DNA of 64,000 nt from Deferribacterales bacterium. Its GTDB lineage: Bacteria > Chrysiogenota > Deferribacteres > Deferribacterales > Geovibrionaceae. The position numbers and the translations under genes are program-made. The notes beneath the pieces are model-generated. The model had not been told where the DNA came from. It ran no database searches and saw only the letters and a list, made by a program, of their open reading frames with translations. Shown piece after piece: positions 47,970-58,255 of this stretch. Location: the NCBI GenBank assembly GCA_050251875.1, contig JBFWMA010000005.1, positions 32,001 through 96,000 of the forward strand, given 5' to 3'. Numbering within the stretch: position 1 is the first letter of the stretch; each line of letters opens with the position of its first letter.

Positions 47970-48044
47970 GTCATTGCGAGCAAAGCGAAGCAATCTTATA
48001 CGTCTGTTTGAGATTGCTTCGTCGTTTGAACTCCTCGCAATGAC
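47970..48044. repeat. GTCATTGCGAG...CTCGCAATGAC palindromic element
   Basis: Nested inverted repeats GTCATTGCGAG/CTCGCAATGAC and CGAAGCAATCT/AGATTGCTTCG between convergent genes. Confidence 0.8.
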
Positions 48045-48057
48045 GTAATTTATATCT

Positions 48058-49011
48058 CTATTTCTTAAAGTAAAAATTCTCGCCGTTTATGTCGGTTATC
48101 TCAAAATTATCAGTGCCGGCGTCTTTCAGCTTTTCCTGAACCAGCGATTCCGTCACGCCGAATACCATTGAAATATCTTTTACGCTGCACGGGCGCATGG
48201 ATAGCAGGCGCTCCATTTCATCAGCTGTCATTGATCCGCCTGAGAAATCCCTTATGTAGTTGCCGACCGGCTCAACATTTATGCCTTTTGATTTCAGATA
48301 CAGCGCTGTGTCGATGAGAAACTCCGGCGCCACCGTCACCGCTCTGGAAAAAGCGGGCGGGCGGTGCACTGTGTTCAGCTGGACTATTTCGTAGTCGCAC
48401 TGTTTTATTACATCGGCGATTTTTTCTATCTCATCTCTGTTGTCGTTGACGCCTCTGCACAGGAGTATTTCTATGAGCAGGCGTCCTTTATATTCTTTAG
48501 AGAAATCTATGAGCGCCCTGTTGATCTCTTCTATGTCGAGAGATCTGTGGGGAGCGCAGATATGTTTATATGTGTCTTTTGTGGCGGCGTCTATGCTGGG
48601 CACTACCACATCGGCGTTCCTCAGCTCCCGTCTGACATTTTCGTCTGTCATCAGTGTGCTGTTGGTGAGCACGCCCACAGGTATGTCCACAAATTTCTTC
48701 GCCTCATTAATTATGTAGCCCAGATCGGAAGAGAGTGTGGGTTCGCCCGCTCCCGTGATGGTTACTATATCCAGCCCGTCTTTAAGACCGGGGTAAAACT
48801 CCCTCAGCTCCGCTATGATCTCGTCCGGGTCATAGAATCTCTGGCGCTCCGTTGTGCATGAAGTTGTTCTGCCCACCTCGCAGTAGATGCAGTTCAGTGT
48901 GCATATCTTATGCGGGATGATATCCACCCCCAGCGACCTTCCGAGCCTTCTGGAGGGCACAGGTCCGAACAGATAGCGGTATCCCTTTGATTTTTCGTAC
49001 ATTTTATCCAC
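48058..49011 (-). CDS. Radical SAM protein, uncharacterised family
   Basis: FGPVPSRRLGRSLGVD, CTLNCIYC, GAGEPTL. Confidence 0.9.
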   Translation of the reverse strand: MDKMYEKSKGYRYLFGPVPSRRLGRSLGVDIIPHKICTLNCIYCEVGRTTSCTTERQRFYDPDEIIAELREFYPGLKDGLDIVTITGAGEPTLSSDLGYIINEAKKFVDIPVGVLTNSTLMTDENVRRELRNADVVVPSIDAATKDTYKHICAPHRSLDIEEINRALIDFSKEYKGRLLIEILLCRGVNDNRDEIEKIADVIKQCDYEIVQLNTVHRPPAFSRAVTVAPEFLIDTALYLKSKGINVEPVGNYIRDFSGGSMTADEMERLLSMRPCSVKDISMVFGVTESLVQEKLKDAGTDNFEITDINGENFYFKK

Positions 49012-49106
49012 CTGAATGAAACTATAATAATATATTAGTCATGCTGTACAAAAATGCAATAACGGTGTTATAATGAGTATAGGTGTAAAATCTTATCTGG
49101 AGGTAG

Positions 49107-50216
49107 ATGATGAGTCTGAAAGAGATCATGCGTACCTGCGGAGTCAGCAGAAGAGATTTTCTGCAATACTGTACAGCAGTTGGAGCGACACTCGCTCTGC
49201 CCGCTGCCTTCACTCCACAGATAGCCGACGCCCTGGAAAACGAGGATAACAGACCTCCTGTTGTCTGGATGGAATTCCAGAGCTGTTCAGGAGACACAGA
49301 AGCGATACTTCGTTCCGGTCGCCCCAAAATAGGCGAACTGATACTGGATGTTATTTCTCTCGATTATAACGAGGTGGTGATGGCCGCATCCGGACATCTG
49401 GCGGAAGAGGCGAAGAACGCCACGCTGGAAAACTATAAAGGTAAATATCTTCTTGTCATAGAGGGTGCTGTGCCTGTGGATGATGACGGCGTATACTGTT
49501 GTGTGGCAGGCGATTCCGCCGTTAACCATCTGAAAAAAGCCGCCGCCGGCGCCGCCGCAGTTATCTGCGTGGGCAACTGTTCCTGCTATGGCGGTATCCC
49601 CGCCGGACATCCCAACCCCACAGGGGCGAAGGGTGTTCAGGATATTATAAGCGGAGTTCCCATAGTGAACCTGCCCGGATGTCCTATGAACGCTGACAAC
49701 CTCACCGCTCTGGTGGTACATTTCCTCGTTTTCGGGGCTCTGCCCGCCGTGGACAGACATCTGAGACCGAAATTCGCTTACGGCAAACGTATTCATGACA
49801 ACTGCGAGCGCAGAGCGCACTTCGATGCCGGACAATACGTTGAAAAATGGGGCGATGACGCCCATAAACAGGGCTGGTGCCTGTATAAAATGGGATGTAA
49901 AGGTCCCGAAACCTTCCACAACTGCCCGACAATCAGATTTAACGATGGTCTGAGCTGGCCTGTTATGGCAGGACACGGATGCGTGGGCTGTGCCGAGCCA
50001 GGCTTTGTGGACACTATGGCGCCCATATACCGCAGACTGCCCGCTGTTCCCGGATTCGGCGTGGAATCCACAGCGACCAAGCTGGGTATAAAAGTAGCCG
50101 CCGGAGCCGCTGTGGTATTCGGTGTGCACGGCATCATAAACCTCTTCCGCAACAAAGGTGTTGTGAAGGAAGTGGAGAGCGAACACCTTGATAATAAAAA
50201 CGAAGGGGGCAAATAA
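49107..50216 (+). CDS. Group 1 [NiFe]-hydrogenase small subunit
   Basis: Tat motif SRRDFL, NLPGCP, IHDNCERR, CLYKMGCKGP, HGCVGC, C-terminal membrane anchor. Confidence 0.95.
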   Translation: MMSLKEIMRTCGVSRRDFLQYCTAVGATLALPAAFTPQIADALENEDNRPPVVWMEFQSCSGDTEAILRSGRPKIGELILDVISLDYNEVVMAASGHLAEEAKNATLENYKGKYLLVIEGAVPVDDDGVYCCVAGDSAVNHLKKAAAGAAAVICVGNCSCYGGIPAGHPNPTGAKGVQDIISGVPIVNLPGCPMNADNLTALVVHFLVFGALPAVDRHLRPKFAYGKRIHDNCERRAHFDAGQYVEKWGDDAHKQGWCLYKMGCKGPETFHNCPTIRFNDGLSWPVMAGHGCVGCAEPGFVDTMAPIYRRLPAVPGFGVESTATKLGIKVAAGAAVVFGVHGIINLFRNKGVVKEVESEHLDNKNEGGK

Positions 50217-51916
50217 TGTCTGACAGGATTGTTGTTGACCCTATTACCAGAATAGAGGGACACCTGCGTATCGAGGCGAAGGTGGAGAACGGAGTAATCA
50301 CAAACGCTTTCGCCAGCGGAACCATGTTCAGAGGCATCGAAAAGATTCTTCAGGGCAGAGATCCCAGAGACGCATGGTATATCACACAGAGATTCTGCGG
50401 GGTCTGCACCACAGTGCATTCCATCGCGTCCATCAGAGCCGTTGAAAATGCTCTGGATATAAAAATTCCTTTTAACGCCGAGCTGATCAGAAACATAATA
50501 ATGGGTTCACAGTGCATTCAGGACCACGTTATACATTTCTATCACCTGCACGCTCTTGACTGGGTGGACATAGTGAGCGCTCTGAGCGCCGACCCCGCCA
50601 AGACTGCTCAGCTTCAGCAGTCCATATCCGACTGGAAGTACAGCGGCGAATCATATTTCAAATCAGTTCAGGACAGACTGAAAGCCTTTGTCAGCACAGG
50701 CAGGCTCGGACCTTTTTCCAACGCCTACTGGGGACACAGCGCATATAAACTCCCGCCGGAAGCCAACCTGATGGCGGCGGCTCACTATCTTCAGGCTCTG
50801 GAGATTCAGAAAGAGATCATCAAGATACACGCCGTGCTGGGCTCAAAAAACCCGCACCCGCAGACATTCCTTGTGGGCGGTATGGCTATCCCGATCGATC
50901 CCAACAGTCAGAATGCTCTGAACGCCGACAAGATAGCTATGATGCAGGAATATAATAAGATAGCTAAAGAGTTTGTGGAAAAAGTATATATTCCCGATGT
51001 GCTCGCTGTCGCCCCGTTCTATCTGGACTGGGCTGGCATAGGCGCCGGACATAAAAACTATATGTCATACGGCGAATATCCCGAGACACAGAAAGGCTAT
51101 CCCGAAGATATGTGGCTTCCCGCAGGTATCATCAAGGGCGGCGACCTCTCTAATGTAATAGAGGTGGATCAGTCAAAAATAGCCGAAGACTGCGCTCACT
51201 CATGGTACGCTGACAAAACAGCCCGTCACCCCTATGACGGAGCGAGCGACAAAAACTATACAGGTCCTAAGCCTCCTTATGATTTCCTCGATGTGGAGCA
51301 GAGCTATTCTTATGTGAAAGCTCCCAGATATGAGGGAGAGCCTATGGAGGTCGGTCCGCTGGCGAGAGTGCTGGTGGCATACGCCAAAGGACACAAAGAG
51401 ATAAAACCCGTTGTGGATGCCGTGCTGAGCAAACTGGGCGCAGGTCCCGAGGCACTGTTTTCCACACTGGGCAGAACAGCCGCCCGTGCCATAGAAACAC
51501 TGGTTATGACTGCCAGAGTGGACAAATGGATAGGCGAGCTGGCGGAGAGTATTAAAGGCGGCGACTACAGTATTCACGCCGGAGAGAAATGGGAACCCGA
51601 TTCATGGCCTAAATCAGCCAAGGGATACGGATGGCACGAAGCGCCCAGAGGCGCTCTGGGTCACTGGATCGTCATTGAGGACGGAGCTATCAAGAACTAT
51701 CAGGCGGTCGTTCCCAGCACATGGAACGCAGGTCCCATGGACACGGGCGATGTACACGGACCCTATGAGCAGGCGCTCATCGGTACACCCATAGCCGATC
51801 CGGATAAGCCTCTTGAGATACTCAGAACCATTCACTCATTCGATCCCTGTCTGGCATGCGCCGTGCATGTTGTGGACGAAAAGGGCATCGAGCGAAGCAA
51901 AGTAAAAATTCTGTAA
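50216..51916 (+). CDS. Group 1 [NiFe]-hydrogenase large subunit
   Basis: DPITRIEGHL; L1 QRFCGVCTTVH; L2 SFDPCLACAVH plus a C-terminal extension. Confidence 0.97.
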   Translation: MSDRIVVDPITRIEGHLRIEAKVENGVITNAFASGTMFRGIEKILQGRDPRDAWYITQRFCGVCTTVHSIASIRAVENALDIKIPFNAELIRNIIMGSQCIQDHVIHFYHLHALDWVDIVSALSADPAKTAQLQQSISDWKYSGESYFKSVQDRLKAFVSTGRLGPFSNAYWGHSAYKLPPEANLMAAAHYLQALEIQKEIIKIHAVLGSKNPHPQTFLVGGMAIPIDPNSQNALNADKIAMMQEYNKIAKEFVEKVYIPDVLAVAPFYLDWAGIGAGHKNYMSYGEYPETQKGYPEDMWLPAGIIKGGDLSNVIEVDQSKIAEDCAHSWYADKTARHPYDGASDKNYTGPKPPYDFLDVEQSYSYVKAPRYEGEPMEVGPLARVLVAYAKGHKEIKPVVDAVLSKLGAGPEALFSTLGRTAARAIETLVMTARVDKWIGELAESIKGGDYSIHAGEKWEPDSWPKSAKGYGWHEAPRGALGHWIVIEDGAIKNYQAVVPSTWNAGPMDTGDVHGPYEQALIGTPIADPDKPLEILRTIHSFDPCLACAVHVVDEKGIERSKVKIL

Positions 51917-51941
51917 AACAACAGCTATCATCAGCTGAATG

Positions 51942-51971
51942 AGCGGAAGGTTATCCTTCCGCTTTTTTTTT
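51942..51971 (+). terminator. Intrinsic terminator after the hydrogenase large subunit
   Basis: AGCGGAAGG-TTAT-CCTTCCGCT followed by a long T run. Confidence 0.88.
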
Positions 51972-52067
51972 ATTAAATTTTGTCAAAATAAGATTGAAAG
52001 TATAATATAATTATTTATAATTTATTTTGATGCGTGAAAGTAAAATAAGCGTAGATTGGGTGCAGCT

Positions 52068-53201
52068 ATGAAAATTGAGAATTTTAAATCCGGTACGAAC
52101 AAAAAACAGTATAAATACAGCAGTTTCTCACCTGTTTTTGTAAATATAGAGTGGGGCTGGGACAATGCCAAGATAAGCACTCTGCTGGAAAACGCCGTAA
52201 AATCTCTCAGTCAGCTCGATGCCTTTGCCAACATTGTGCCTAATGTCGATCTTTTTGTCAAAATGCACGTTGCGCTGGAGGCTAACCAGTCAAGTAAAAT
52301 AGAGGGAACACAGACCAGTATTGATGAGGCTGTTATGGATGAAGAATATATCCAGCCTGAAAGAAGGGACGACTGGAAGGAAGTCAATAACTACATAAAG
52401 GCGATGAATACAGCCATTGCTGAGCTTGAAAGTCTGCCTCTGTCTGTCAGGCTTCTAAAAAATACTCACGCCATTCTGATGTCAGGTGTCAGAGGAGAGT
52501 ATAAACAGCCGGGAGAGATACGTAGAAGCCAGAACTGGATAGGCGGAACATGTCTTAATGACGCTGTTTTTATTCCTCCACATCACGACGAGCTGCCTGA
52601 GTTGCTCAGCGATCTGGAAAAGTTTTGGCACAATGAAGATATATATGTGCCACATCTTATCAGAGCGGCGATAAGTCATTATCAGTTTGAAACGATACAC
52701 CCGTTTTTGGATGGTAACGGTCGTATAGGACGTCTGCTTATTACATTATATCTATTGGACTGCGGGATGCTGAAAAAACCTGTTCTGTATCTGTCTGATT
52801 ATTTTGAAAAGCATAAAGGCGCTTATTATGATGCGCTTACGGCAGTGAGAACCTCAAACGATATCACCCACTGGATATGTTTCTTTTTGATTGCGGTGAC
52901 GGAGACGGCAAACAAGGGGCGTGAGACATTTAACGGGATTTTGAAACTCAAAGATGAGCTTGATAACTGGATAGTGACTTTAGGCAGAAGAGCGAAAAGC
53001 GCTAGAAGGCTGGCTCTGTTGCTTTATCAGAAACCGGTTATTAACTCTAACGATGTTGCAAAAGAGCTTGGTTTGACTGTTAAGTCGTCTCTGGCTATTA
53101 TCTCCGAATTTGAGAACGCTGGTTTTTTAAAAGAAATGACAGGGTATAAGAGAAATAGGATGTATGTTTTTACAAAGTATCTGGTGCTTTTTGTGAAATA
53201 G
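52068..53201 (+). CDS. Fic family protein (class II-like, C-terminal HTH)
   Basis: HPFLDGNGRIGR active-site motif; N-terminal SSKIEG inhibitory motif; C-terminal HTH ending TGYKRNR. Confidence 0.93.
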   Translation: MKIENFKSGTNKKQYKYSSFSPVFVNIEWGWDNAKISTLLENAVKSLSQLDAFANIVPNVDLFVKMHVALEANQSSKIEGTQTSIDEAVMDEEYIQPERRDDWKEVNNYIKAMNTAIAELESLPLSVRLLKNTHAILMSGVRGEYKQPGEIRRSQNWIGGTCLNDAVFIPPHHDELPELLSDLEKFWHNEDIYVPHLIRAAISHYQFETIHPFLDGNGRIGRLLITLYLLDCGMLKKPVLYLSDYFEKHKGAYYDALTAVRTSNDITHWICFFLIAVTETANKGRETFNGILKLKDELDNWIVTLGRRAKSARRLALLLYQKPVINSNDVAKELGLTVKSSLAIISEFENAGFLKEMTGYKRNRMYVFTKYLVLFVK

Positions 53202-53262
53202 AGTTAATGAGTATAAAAGTAAATTATAATATTTCTTAATTTACTTTTATTGATATAAGTAA

Positions 53263-53298
53263 AATAAGAAAGGCGGTCAGTTGACCGCCTTTCTTATT
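53263..53298. terminator. Bidirectional terminator-like inverted repeat
   Basis: AATAAGAAAGGCGGTCA-GT-TGACCGCCTTTCTTATT, 17-bp perfect arms. Confidence 0.8.
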
Positions 53299-53305
53299 AT
53301 GTTTT

Positions 53306-53435
53306 GCGTAAAAAGTTCGTCCTGAACTTTTTACGATAACGCTTCATTTCGGCAAAGCCTTATTCCGCTCATGTGCCGTTCGTTTAAGCAGATAAATCTG
53401 CTTTCGCTCACTTCACGGACTTCATCCATGAAGTC
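53306..53435 (-). repeat. GGA-loop structured element, divergent copy
   Basis: Minus strand: GACTTCA-TGGA-TGAAGTC ... TGAGC ... AGGCTTTGCC ... GCGTTA ... CGTAAAAAGTTC-AGGAC-GAACTTTTTACG. Confidence 0.75.
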
Positions 53436-53478
53436 TGGCAAATACTATTTTCCATGGATGGATAAATTCCCACAGTAA

Positions 53479-53721
53479 TTAGAATATAGCGTGAGCTACT
53501 ATGCCGGATAAGTCCTCCGGTCCTTGCAGCTTAAATTTCTGCTTGCCGCCGATGACAATTTCGGGCGGATTAATCGTGCCGTACTCGGCAGGAGATGTCT
53601 CTTTGGAAACATCCACGAGATAGAGATCGATCTTTCCGCCGTATTTAGAAATAAGCTCGTCAGCTTTTGCAGGTGTGGTTTTGTCAGTGTCGCCGTTGTA
53701 GAACAGCTCTATCTTCAGCAT
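53479..53721 (-). CDS. Small hypothetical protein, possible thioredoxin-like fold without CxxC
   Basis: AAGGAGG RBS before ATG 53721; MLKIELFY...YGTINPPEIVIGGK. Confidence 0.7.
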   Translation of the reverse strand: MLKIELFYNGDTDKTTPAKADELISKYGGKIDLYLVDVSKETSPAEYGTINPPEIVIGGKQKFKLQGPEDLSGIVAHAIF

Positions 53722-53753
53722 GGCTTGCCTCCTTCGTATGTCTATTAAATTAA

Positions 53754-53879
53754 GCTCAAAAATAACTCCTGATATTTTTGAGTAACGCAAATCTCAGGCT
53801 AAGCCTTTATTTGCTCACACTTCATCGTTTTTAGCGGTAAACCGCATGAAAACGCTTCCGTGAGGAACATCCTGTCCCT
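53754..53879 (-). repeat. GGA-loop structured element, closely related to the 18041 units
   Basis: Plus strand CTCAAAAATAACTCCTGATATTTTTGAG-TAACGCAAA...GGCTAAGCCT...TTTGCTCACACT...GCGGTAAACCGC...TTCCGTGAGGAACATCCTGTCCC is colinear with the 136-bp unit. Confidence 0.85.
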
Positions 53880-54006
53880 AATAATTAATTTTACCACCAT
53901 TGCGAGCCTATGCAATATATGATTATTTTGTATTTCATATCATTGACTATAAAATTACACTGTAGTATCGTTGAAATGCTGTCTTTAAATATTGCAGGTG
54001 ATAAAT

Positions 54007-55155
54007 ATGCTGAAAAAATTTCTCATGGCTCCCGGGCCAACGCCTGTTCCGGAAAAAGTCCTTCTGGAAATGGCTAAACCTATAATACATCACAGAACAG
54101 ACGAGTTTTCTAAAACTTTCGCCGAGGCGGCGGAGGGTCTTAAAAAAGTATTCAACACTAAAAAAGAAGTTCTGATGCTCGCCGGAAGCGGTACAGCCGC
54201 CATGGAAGCAGCGGTTATCAATACTCTGAACCCCGGCGACAAGGTGCTGGTCATCAACGCCGGAAAGTTCGGTCAGCGCTGGAGAGATATTTCCAAAGTA
54301 TATGGAATGGAAGTAGTCACTCTGGACATGGACTGGGGACTGTCAGTGAAACCTGAGCAAGTTGAGAGCTTTCTGATAGCCAACCCCGACACCAGAGCTG
54401 TCATGATTCAGGGAAGCGAAACATCCACCACAGCCTATCATCCTATCAAAGAGATAGGTCAGATTATAAAATCAAAACCCGACACTATATTTATAGTGGA
54501 CGGAATCACATCCATCGGCGTTCACGAAACCATGATGGACGAGTGGGGCATAGACATAGCCGTCACAGGCTCACAGAAAGCGTTTATGCTGCCCCCGGGT
54601 CTCGCCTTTATAGCGCTCAGCGACAAGGCGTGGTCATTCTGCGAAAAAGCGAAAATCCCCAGATATTATCTGGATCTGCGCCGTGAGCTGAAATCCCAGC
54701 TTCAGGCGACAACAGCCTACACCCCCACGGTGACACTCATCAACGGGCTCAAGGTTGTTCTGGACATGATGTTCGAGGAAGGGCTCGAAAACGTGTATAA
54801 AAGACATCAGGTGAACGGAGACGCCACCAGAGCTGCTGTTCAGGCGCTCGGGTTCAGGCTGCTGGCTGAGTGTCCGTCCAATGCCGCCACAGGATTTTTC
54901 CTGCCGGAAGGATTCGAGGGCGGAAAATTCGCTAAATATATGAGAGAAAAAGTGGGCATAACATATGCCGGCGGTCAGGATCACCTTAAGGGCAGGATTC
55001 TGCGCATCTCTCACCTCGGATATCATGACGCCTTCGACACCATCACAGCCATCAGCGGCATTGAGATGGGGCTGGCGAAGTTCGGAGTGGATATCAAGCT
55101 GGGCGCAGGTGTCACCGCCGCTCAGGAAATACTGAAAAACTACATCGGGGAATAA
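54007..55155 (+). CDS. Class V PLP aminotransferase (alanine-glyoxylate/serine-pyruvate family; possibly phosphoserine aminotransferase)
   Basis: PGPTPVP, GSGTAAMEAA, SETST, VDGITS, GSQKAFMLPPGL. Confidence 0.9.
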   Translation: MLKKFLMAPGPTPVPEKVLLEMAKPIIHHRTDEFSKTFAEAAEGLKKVFNTKKEVLMLAGSGTAAMEAAVINTLNPGDKVLVINAGKFGQRWRDISKVYGMEVVTLDMDWGLSVKPEQVESFLIANPDTRAVMIQGSETSTTAYHPIKEIGQIIKSKPDTIFIVDGITSIGVHETMMDEWGIDIAVTGSQKAFMLPPGLAFIALSDKAWSFCEKAKIPRYYLDLRRELKSQLQATTAYTPTVTLINGLKVVLDMMFEEGLENVYKRHQVNGDATRAAVQALGFRLLAECPSNAATGFFLPEGFEGGKFAKYMREKVGITYAGGQDHLKGRILRISHLGYHDAFDTITAISGIEMGLAKFGVDIKLGAGVTAAQEILKNYIGE

Positions 55156-56280
55156 ATGACACGCAACATGATGCCGAACTCCGCCGGAAACATGGCACCC
55201 GGCAGATCGGTAAAAATGAACCGCATAGAGAAGGCTATAAAGGATGTCGTGCAGTCCTATGGCTATATGGATATCTTCCTGCCTATCTATGAGTATTATG
55301 ACGTGCTGAAAGAGACCATGAACGATTTCAGGGACGAGAACCTCATTAGGTTCATAGACAGAAACACGGGTAAATCTCTTGTTCTGCGTCCGGATTTCAC
55401 TCCGCAGGCGGCAAGGTATTTTGCCAACTATATGAGTGATTTTGCTCTGCCTGTCCGTCTCAGCTATGACGGCAGAGTGTTCCGCAATGTTGATCTGGAC
55501 AAGGGCGTTAAGTCCGAAAAACTCCAGGTTGGCGCTGAGCTGTACGGCAACAGCATGCTGGACGCCGACACAGAGATGATTCTGATGGCAAAGAGAGTTT
55601 TTAAGACTCTGAACATAGAGGGATGCAAATATGTCTTCGGGCACAGCGGTTTCACCAGACGGGTTCTGGAGCTGGCAGGGGACGACAGGGCGCAGTATCA
55701 CAAACACCTGGACGCAAAAAACGTTACGGCTGTGAGCGCCATGTATCCGGCTGACACTGCCAGAGACAAGTTCTTCCGCTTTCTCCCCAGAGCTTTCGGC
55801 TCTATGGACACTGTGGAGGCTCTGGAAAAAATCTGCTCGTTCGATCCGGTTCTGAAAGAGACAGTGGGATATATCAAAACGCTGTTCACCAGACTGATCG
55901 ACATGGGGCTGGACGCGAAATCAATGGTTTTTGACGCCTCCGAGTCCGCCGGGCTGGATTATTACACCGGAATAACTCTGGGCGTTCTCCACGCTAAAGT
56001 GGGCGAAAAGCTCGCCGTGGGCGGCAGATATGACAATCTGACAGCCAATTTCGGACGTGAGGCGTGCGCCTGCGGTATGGTCTTCTACATAGAGGAGATA
56101 TATGCCGTGGACACAGCCGAAGCGGGACAGAAAGAGATCGACTGGCTGGTTGTGGGCGAAAAAAACTTTTCTAAATGCGAAGAGCTGATAGAGAAGGGAC
56201 ACAGTGTGTTCTATGCCGGCGATGAACAGGAAAAACAAGATTTGTTAAACAGTTACAATTTCCGTAATACACTTTCATGA
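55156..56280 (+). CDS. hisZ: ATP phosphoribosyltransferase regulatory subunit
   Basis: HisRS-like LVLRPDFTPQ, QVGAELYG, DYYTG, GGRYDNL; upstream of purA. Confidence 0.88.
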   Translation: MTRNMMPNSAGNMAPGRSVKMNRIEKAIKDVVQSYGYMDIFLPIYEYYDVLKETMNDFRDENLIRFIDRNTGKSLVLRPDFTPQAARYFANYMSDFALPVRLSYDGRVFRNVDLDKGVKSEKLQVGAELYGNSMLDADTEMILMAKRVFKTLNIEGCKYVFGHSGFTRRVLELAGDDRAQYHKHLDAKNVTAVSAMYPADTARDKFFRFLPRAFGSMDTVEALEKICSFDPVLKETVGYIKTLFTRLIDMGLDAKSMVFDASESAGLDYYTGITLGVLHAKVGEKLAVGGRYDNLTANFGREACACGMVFYIEEIYAVDTAEAGQKEIDWLVVGEKNFSKCEELIEKGHSVFYAGDEQEKQDLLNSYNFRNTLS

Positions 56281-56285
56281 GGTAA

Positions 56286-57581
<1,296 letters not shown>

Positions 57582-57588
57582 AAAGTTG

Positions 57589-57617
57589 TTGACATAAAAT
57601 TATCACTTTGGTATAAC
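57589..57617 (+). promoter_or_regulatory. Sigma70 promoter of the tRNA cluster
   Basis: TTGACA-17-TATAAC with a C-rich discriminator. Confidence 0.8.
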
Positions 57618-57663
57618 CTACCTCTCGCATGGATGACCGAACGGTTGCTAAGCGAGAGGTAAC

Positions 57664-57736
<73 letters not shown>

Positions 57737-57743
57737 CTTTTTT

Positions 57744-57818
57744 GTCCCCATCGTCTAGCCTGGCCTAGGACATCGCCCTTTCGAGGCGACGACTGGGGTT
57801 CGAATCCCCATGGGGACG
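57744..57818 (+). tRNA. tRNA-Glu (TTC)
   Basis: GTCCCCA...TGGGGAC-G; TCGCC-CT-TTC-GA-GGCGA. Confidence 0.95.
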
Positions 57819-57873
57819 CTTTCCTTTTTTAGGAAGCAGGACAAAAAAGTCCGCCGATGTGAAAAGTCGGCAA

Positions 57874-57978
57874 AGCTTCAGGACGAAGCTCGCGGAGCTT
57901 CAGAGCGGAGCGTAAGCGGAACGAAGGTTTAGCCTGAGTGAAGCGGTATCGAAAATTTTCTAGGACAGAAAATTTTTG
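57874..57978 (+). repeat. GGA-loop structured element inside the tRNA operon
   Basis: AGCTTC-AGGAC-GAAGCT-CGCGGA...TAAGCGGAA..AGGTTTAGCC..GCGGTAT-CGAAAATTTTCT-AGGAC-AGAAAATTTTTG. Confidence 0.7.
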
Positions 57979-57991
57979 TAAACAAAATCAA

Positions 57992-58064
57992 GGGTGGTTA
58001 GCTCAGCTGGGAGAGCATCGGCCTTACAAGCCGAGGGTCACAGGTTCGATCCCTGTACCACCCA
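57992..58064 (+). tRNA. tRNA-Val (TAC)
   Basis: GGGTGGT...ACCACCC-A; TCGGC-CT-TAC-AA-GCCGA. Confidence 0.95.
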
Positions 58065-58074
58065 TTTTTTAACA

Positions 58075-58148
<74 letters not shown>

Positions 58149-58163
58149 TCCTGTTAAAAAAAG

Positions 58164-58192
58164 AAAAGCCTGCTCTTTTGAGCGGGCTTTTT
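58164..58192 (+). terminator. Terminator after the tRNA cluster
   Basis: AAAAGCCTGCTC-TTTT-GAGCGGGCTTTTT. Confidence 0.8.
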
Positions 58193-58255
58193 GCATTTAC
58201 AGAACCGGTAAGGCATCTATATTATAATCGTTGTAAAAAAACAATGAGGTGACAG

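Noticed and set aside
50216..51916. [NiFeSe] hydrogenase or selenocysteine recoding
   Set aside because: L2 motif is DPCLAC with Cys codons; no in-frame TGA.
52068..53201. Fic toxin-antitoxin pair
   Set aside because: No upstream antitoxin ORF; the inhibitory SxxxEG motif is within the protein itself.
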